In this document: piece after piece, positions 58,081 to 64,000 of the stretch
How positions within the stretch are numbered: position 1 is the stretch's first letter
How the letters are laid out: the number at the start of each line of letters is the position of its first letter
NCBI GenBank assembly: GCA_964016885.1
Contig: OZ024745.1
Coordinates: 107,198,001 to 107,262,000, forward strand
Source of the DNA: Eledone cirrhosa
Lineage: Eukaryota
Length of the DNA: 64,000 nucleotides
Direction: 5' to 3'
Program-made: the position numbers and the translations under genes
Notes under the pieces: model-generated
Databases searched by the model: none
Seen by the model: only the letters and a program-made list of their open reading frames with translations
What the model was told of the DNA's origin: nothing

Positions 58081-59294
58081 TAAGACAATTATTTTGCGTA
58101 GGTGTTACACACATTTTCTGGACGCCATTTCAAAATAAACTGAAAGAAGAAGCCAAAAGCCTAATAAAATTAGATGTTTTAACGGAAATGACATCAGTTG
58201 AAATATAGTTCAACCACACTGCCCCCCCCCCCCCCCCCCACCACCACCACCACCACAGCAACAATAACAAAAAAAAGAACATCAACCCTATATGAAATTT
58301 GAACATTTTAGTGCTTGATAATGTACGCTGTTAACTATATTGTAACAAGGTGTTCTCTTGATATTGACATTTCTCGAAAACCACAATGTTCACTAAATCA
58401 AATATAATCGTACGAGTGATATAATAGCTTCAAACGCTATTCCTAACATATATGTAATAAACGTTTGTTACAAAAGAGAATCTACATAAAAAAATCAAAA
58501 ACGTAAATTTAATAATTTCAAATATTATTCATTATTCCATTATTCTACTTCGTGATATGTTCCTCAACAGTCATATATCAAGTGTATTCATTTAGGAATA
58601 ATTGATAAAGTGTTTAGAGGAGAGATAAAAATATTTAAAATCTCTCATTTTATCATTACAATATGAAGAATAACAACATGATTATCATGCCGACAAATCA
58701 TAATAGAAGAAAATGGGGGTTAAGTTATTCTGTAACATAAAATATTTTATACAACATTAATGTTACCTTAATTATATTATTTCGTGATAGAAAAAAATAT
58801 TAATTTTTAATGAAATATATTAATCGGACAATTTACAGCAGATGTTATTACAGTCGCAATTTAGTTAAGATGCATAACAAAATTTAATTTCTTTTCTATA
58901 CAATTTGTTAAATCTATTTTTGAGTGTAATGACATTTAACCAGGATTCGAAATTTCAAGATGACAAAGAAAAAATATTTTTAATGATAATATATAATCAA
59001 GACTGATACTCGCTTTTATATAATAGAAGAAAACAGACGGATACACACACATACATACGAATATATATTAAAACGAAATAATATATTAATTTATATATGA
59101 TATGCGCATAATCATAGAAATAGTGATATATTCATACAGCTAACTAGGCATTTAAATACACTATCAAAACCATATACATAAATATGTATATATATATATA
59201 TGTATATATATATGCATATATAAGTATATATATATACATACATATATATATTAAGAGTAACATGATAGGCTGTACAATAAGGGTTTTATTTAAA

Positions 59295-59405
59295 GTACTG
59301 ACAATTGTTTCGTTGATCAGATGTGTCTAGAGTTCGCTAATCACTTGGTGCTGTGTCAATCGATCTCCAATACATTGTTTATAACTGTTCAACTCATCAG
59401 AGCAC
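59295..59405 (-). ncRNA. Type I hammerhead with ~80-nt stem II domain
   Basis: GTGCT-CTGATGA-GTTGA...TCAAC-GAAA-CAATTG-TC^AGTAC. Confidence 0.75.
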
Positions 59406-59699
59406 AAAGAAATGAAAATAATTTACTCGAGGCAAGGCTTATATAAAAAAGTAGCGTAACACCAAAACAATAACATCCATAATAAAATCACTAATAAAAT
59501 AGCATTTAAATAAAACAAAACATGTATGGTAAATAGATGGAGAAGTTACAGATGTAAATCAGTAAAATCAGATAGGGTACATTAAAGAGTAATAGTACTA
59601 ATAAGAATATGAGGAGATGGAGAAGACAAAGAAATAAAAAGATAAAAAAATAAATAAGATAAAAAAGATAAAAAAATAAAATAAAGGAATAAAGGGGTC

Positions 59700-59790
59700 A
59701 AATATTTCAACCCTTTAGCGTGGGTAATATGAAAAGAGTCAGGGGTCCTGACTTTTTTCATATTACCCATGCTAAAGGGTTGAAATATTT
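59700..59790. repeat. ~90-bp near-perfect palindrome
   Basis: Centre GTCAGG GGT CCTGAC. Confidence 0.9.
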
Positions 59791-60235
59791 TTGCTATTTA
59801 AGAGATGGACAGAAAATAAGAATTTTCGGCAATGCAAAGCTGAAACTGACCAGAAAATAACCTTTGATTTAAAGGAATTACCATCAGACAGATTTCTCCG
59901 TCAGACGAAAACGTGAAGACACCGCAAGGAGAACCTGACTCAGATGAGGGGCAGTGGCAGCTTTTAAATAATTGTTCGTTAGAGAGTGGCGCAAACATTG
60001 GAGAGGTTCAGGCTAATTGATCATTTCCACACACACACATATATGTATATATATATAAGTTACCGTCATTACGCTAACAGATGCCTGATGGGCTTTTGAT
60101 TCCAGAGTCGGACCCGATCGACACAGATCGAACCTTCAGCTGACCAATCGTAAAACGCGCGTCACACCTCAATAAATGTAATGAAAATTTGACATCTCGT
60201 CCATATTATTATTATTAAAGTTATTATCATTATTA

Positions 60236-61074
60236 TCTATATTACTAAAACAGAGAATGTCTGTTTTGTCTGTCTGTTCAATCACTAAAACTCGAGAACC
60301 ACCCAACCGATTGTTTTCAAACTTTACACATGTAATACTTATGGTCCTATACTTATGGTTCTGAGAAAAACAATTTCAAATTTTCAATGCCCTAAGGACC
60401 GCATTAGGCGATTTAGCGATCTCTTTCTATCTCTCTCTTAGCTTTTCTCTTTTTAGATAGATACATAGATATGGCGTCGCGCCTTTATAATATCTGCCTG
60501 TATGCCTGACTGTTTGCATTACGTCATTATGACGCGATCAGTGTGTTTGTGTATATATGTATATATAGTGTGTGTGTATATATATATATTCTTATGCCAG
60601 GGAACGTCTTCACGAACCAAAGTATCGTATTCCTGTTTTTCTTCGGCTGCAACGTTTTTCGAAATATTTACATCTACGTTCACAGATTGATTTTTTTTAG
60701 TTTCAGAAGATCCCGTTAAGGTTGAAAGCAGCGATTCTTTGCTTAAACTTTAATATGTTATTTTAATATAGATATCCGTGTACAGATATTTATGCATACA
60801 CAAAAACAAAATATAAACACACAAGGCTGGCGAATACATAATCACATGCATGACTGACAGATATTTTTGCATACACAAAAACAAAATATAAACAAACAAG
60901 GCCAACGATTACATCAGTTAGTCTTAGTGTACTTCATACTGTTTTTAGGTAGAAGATCGCGTTAAGGGTGAAAGCAGCGATTCATTTTCTGCGATCACAG
61001 ATTGATTTTTTTAGTTTCAGAAGATCCCGTTAGGGGTGAAAGCAGCGATACTTTGCTTAAACTTTAATCAGTTA

Positions 61075-61128
<54 letters not shown>

Positions 61129-61477
61129 AATATATATTAGCGAGAATCGTATTTCGGCTATTGGAAATTAGCGAAAAACAACTTCCGAGATGTGTGGCAA
61201 GCGCACCATAGAAGCTAGTGAACTAGAGCTACAACCTAAGTTAAAAGGCGAAACACACCGAGACGATGGTTAAACCATTATCCGCACAGTCATAAAAACG
61301 ACTAAGTAATTCGGGTCTAACAAATAAAATGGATTCGTGTACAGATATTTTTGCATACACAATAACAAAATATAAACAAACGTATTTATTTCACGAGGCT
61401 CGATAAGGATAAATATATATGTCAAATAAATGAGAACCCTAGAGCAAATCCCGCGCAACGCCGGGCCATTCTGCTAG
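60236..61477 (+). mobile_element. Non-autonomous Helitron
   Basis: 5' A|TCTATATTACTAAAA..(TGTC)n; 3' hairpin CCCGcGCAACGCCGGG then CTAG; internal sub-repeats. Confidence 0.75.
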
Positions 61478-61840
61478 ATATATATATAACAATAATTAGG
61501 GAACAAAGAATCAGTATTGCATCATATACATATTTAATTACATATTACATATGTTTCACAGCCGATCAGCCTGACTCTGGAATCGAAAGGTTCTCAGATA
61601 TGTGTTCTCACATGTAGACTCATGTTCAAGTGTTGGTGAAATGCTAGACACCCGATTTGTTACGTCGGATTGCCACAGAATTTGTTAGAAGAAATGTGTC
61701 ATCGCCGATTTTATCATGCTAAATTGTGTTTGAACAAATGCCTGCGGGTAGGTGACCTGGAATTCAATAGCATCGAGTGTTCATCTTAGCATACCGCACG
61801 TGAACGCAATCCAATTGCACCTCTACTACAAAATATTTAC

Positions 61841-61878
<38 letters not shown>

Positions 61879-61880
<2 letters not shown>

Positions 61881-62822
61881 AGGGCGGGTAAAATTCCCGA
61901 GATCCATGGACGAGTTCTCTCCAGCGGTCTCTGTCCCTCATTATCGCTGCCATGTCCTGCGTCTCCAACAGACCAGTGTCTGTCCTTAGGGCATCAACAT
62001 ACGTTAACCTTGGTCTTCCTCTTCCGGTGTGTACATGTAGGGGCTCCCACAGGAGCACTGAGTGCAATGTCAACTCCGGATGTCGGCGAGTATGTCCAGC
62101 TAACCTCAGTCTCCTCTGTGTCACTTTTGAGCTGACTTTTGGGAGGCTCCCCTACAGCTCTGAGTTTTTCATCCTCAGCATTCTCGTGTAGCACCCATCT
62201 ACCATCTGAGTGAGTTTCTTGGTCAGTGTCCAAGTCTCAGACCCGTACAGCAGCACAGACTCCACTACAGCAATGAAGAGGCGAATTTTCAGGTCTTTAT
62301 GAAGATCCGACTTCCACACCGATCTCAAGCTATGGAAGGCCGCCCAGGCTTTGCTCTTCCTCTCAGCCACATCATTTTCCGTATTCCCACTATTTGCTCC
62401 CATATACAGGAAGTCTACAACCAATTCTAGCGGCTTCCCGCATACATTAGTAACTGTGACTTCTCAACATTCTCTACCTGATATCACTGCTCTATACCAA
62501 CACCAAAGCCCAAGTCATTACACCTGATGGGATGACTGAGTTCTTTGAGATACTGACTGGAGAGCTCTAGGGAGATACATTGGCTCCCTACCTTTTTATC
62601 ATCGTAGTGGACTATTGTATACGCCTTGCACTGGAGAAACACCAGGACTCTGGCTTTACTGTAGTACCGGCTCAGAGCAGGAGAGTTAATGCGAAAAAGA
62701 TATCGGATGCTGAATTTGCCGACGACATAGTTTTGGTGACAAATACAGTGAAGGAGGCAGAGGATTTGATGAAGGAGGTTGAGACTGTGTCGATGAGTGT
62801 GGGGCTGAGAATGATTGAGACT

Positions 62823-62826
<4 letters not shown>
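61879..62826 (-). mobile_element. RTE insertion with inverted 5' part (61879-62477 minus; 62477-62826 plus)
   Basis: Both parts align to adjacent segments of 25307-26303; flanked by (TA)n. Confidence 0.9.
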
Positions 62827-62886
<60 letters not shown>

Positions 62887-62902
62887 GTACATACATATAT
62901 AC

Positions 62903-62955
<53 letters not shown>

Positions 62956-63223
62956 AGTTAATATAAATTAATATATTTGATAAACACAAATACCAACATA
63001 TTCATGTTTGTATTGTAAATGACCAAGTTAGCTAAATTGAAATATACTAATAATAATAATACATTTTGCCTGTCTCGATTTAAGATAATAAATCAATAAA
63101 AACAAATCATATTGGCAATGGCCGTAGTGCTTGGACAAATTTAAATTTCAAAATCAAACCTGTTGAACGTATATTAACGGCATAAGGTAAGTATATACGT
63201 TCAACAATCTGGCAGGAAGGTAT

Positions 63224-63266
63224 ACGTTCCTGACGATAGCTAATAAGTTTGAAACTAGTACAGCGT
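63224..63266 (+). ncRNA. Type I hammerhead, one stem I mismatch
   Basis: ACGTTC-CTGACGA-tAGCT aata AGTTt-GAAA-CTAG-TA^CAGCGT. Confidence 0.6.
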
Positions 63267-63538
63267 TCCTTTGTCAGTGTTGAACAAACGAGCAACGATG
63301 GTTGCTGGACACTACGGCTTAATACGGGATGTTTGTTTACAAATACACCGAGCATTATAATAAATGTTCAGTGAATCCATACGTACATATATATATGTGT
63401 GTGCATGTATGTATATATATATACATACTACTGTACGTCTGTATACATATATGTATGTACGTGTAATACTTATATTTAAGTAACAGCCGTACTAAGAGGG
63501 GGAAATGAAATTCGTTTCATTTTTTCCGTTTATATATA

Positions 63539-63591
<53 letters not shown>

Positions 63592-63657
63592 GTTATTCCG
63601 GGTTGAATCGGAGGTAACCACAGTAAGTAAGGTACTCAATACATAGCAGAGTATAAC

Positions 63658-63733
<76 letters not shown>

Positions 63734-64000
63734 TATATATATATATATATATATATCGGGAGATACGGGTTTTCTAAATGTAATGTACATTTGTACATTT
63801 ATATTTCTTTATATATTTGTGTTGATGCACATACATTTCTAAATGCCCACATTTCCCACCACACTATCATCATACCTGCCTCGTAACACCTGTTTTTTTT
63901 AAACACCAAACAATGACACTGATGTTTGTGTGAGTGTGTGTGTGTGTGCGTGTGTGCGCGTGTCTGTGTGCGCGTGTGCGCGTGTGTGTGTGCGTGTGTG

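Overview
Eukaryotic, very AT-rich, microsatellite-saturated DNA. The repeat families (tRNA-derived Meta-domain SINE, CORE-type SINE, RTE, Dong/R4, Penelope) suggest an octopod cephalopod; this is inference. The window looks mostly intronic. I can assemble scattered minus-strand GT-AG exons (about 49.1 kb, 47.3-47.7 kb, 46.3 kb, 6.3-6.8 kb, stop at about 2.7 kb) of a candidate host gene with Tudor-like and degenerate KH-like segments. The rest is transposable-element derived: two Penelope-like (PLE) fragments, an RTE LINE family (one copy with a twin-priming 5' inversion), a Dong/R4 LINE, about 19 copies of one SINE, non-autonomous Helitrons, a mariner relic and a MITE. The main signal that the ORF track misses is about 17 type I hammerhead ribozyme (HHR) motifs from many unrelated sequence families. 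These include a 310-bp tandem retrozyme-like array (51.5-53.0 kb) folded into a large inverted repeat, several palindromes in (TA)n runs, and a tRNA-like Pol III cassette inside a 75-bp inverted repeat. All structures were paired by eye, and coordinates of degenerate repeats are approximate.
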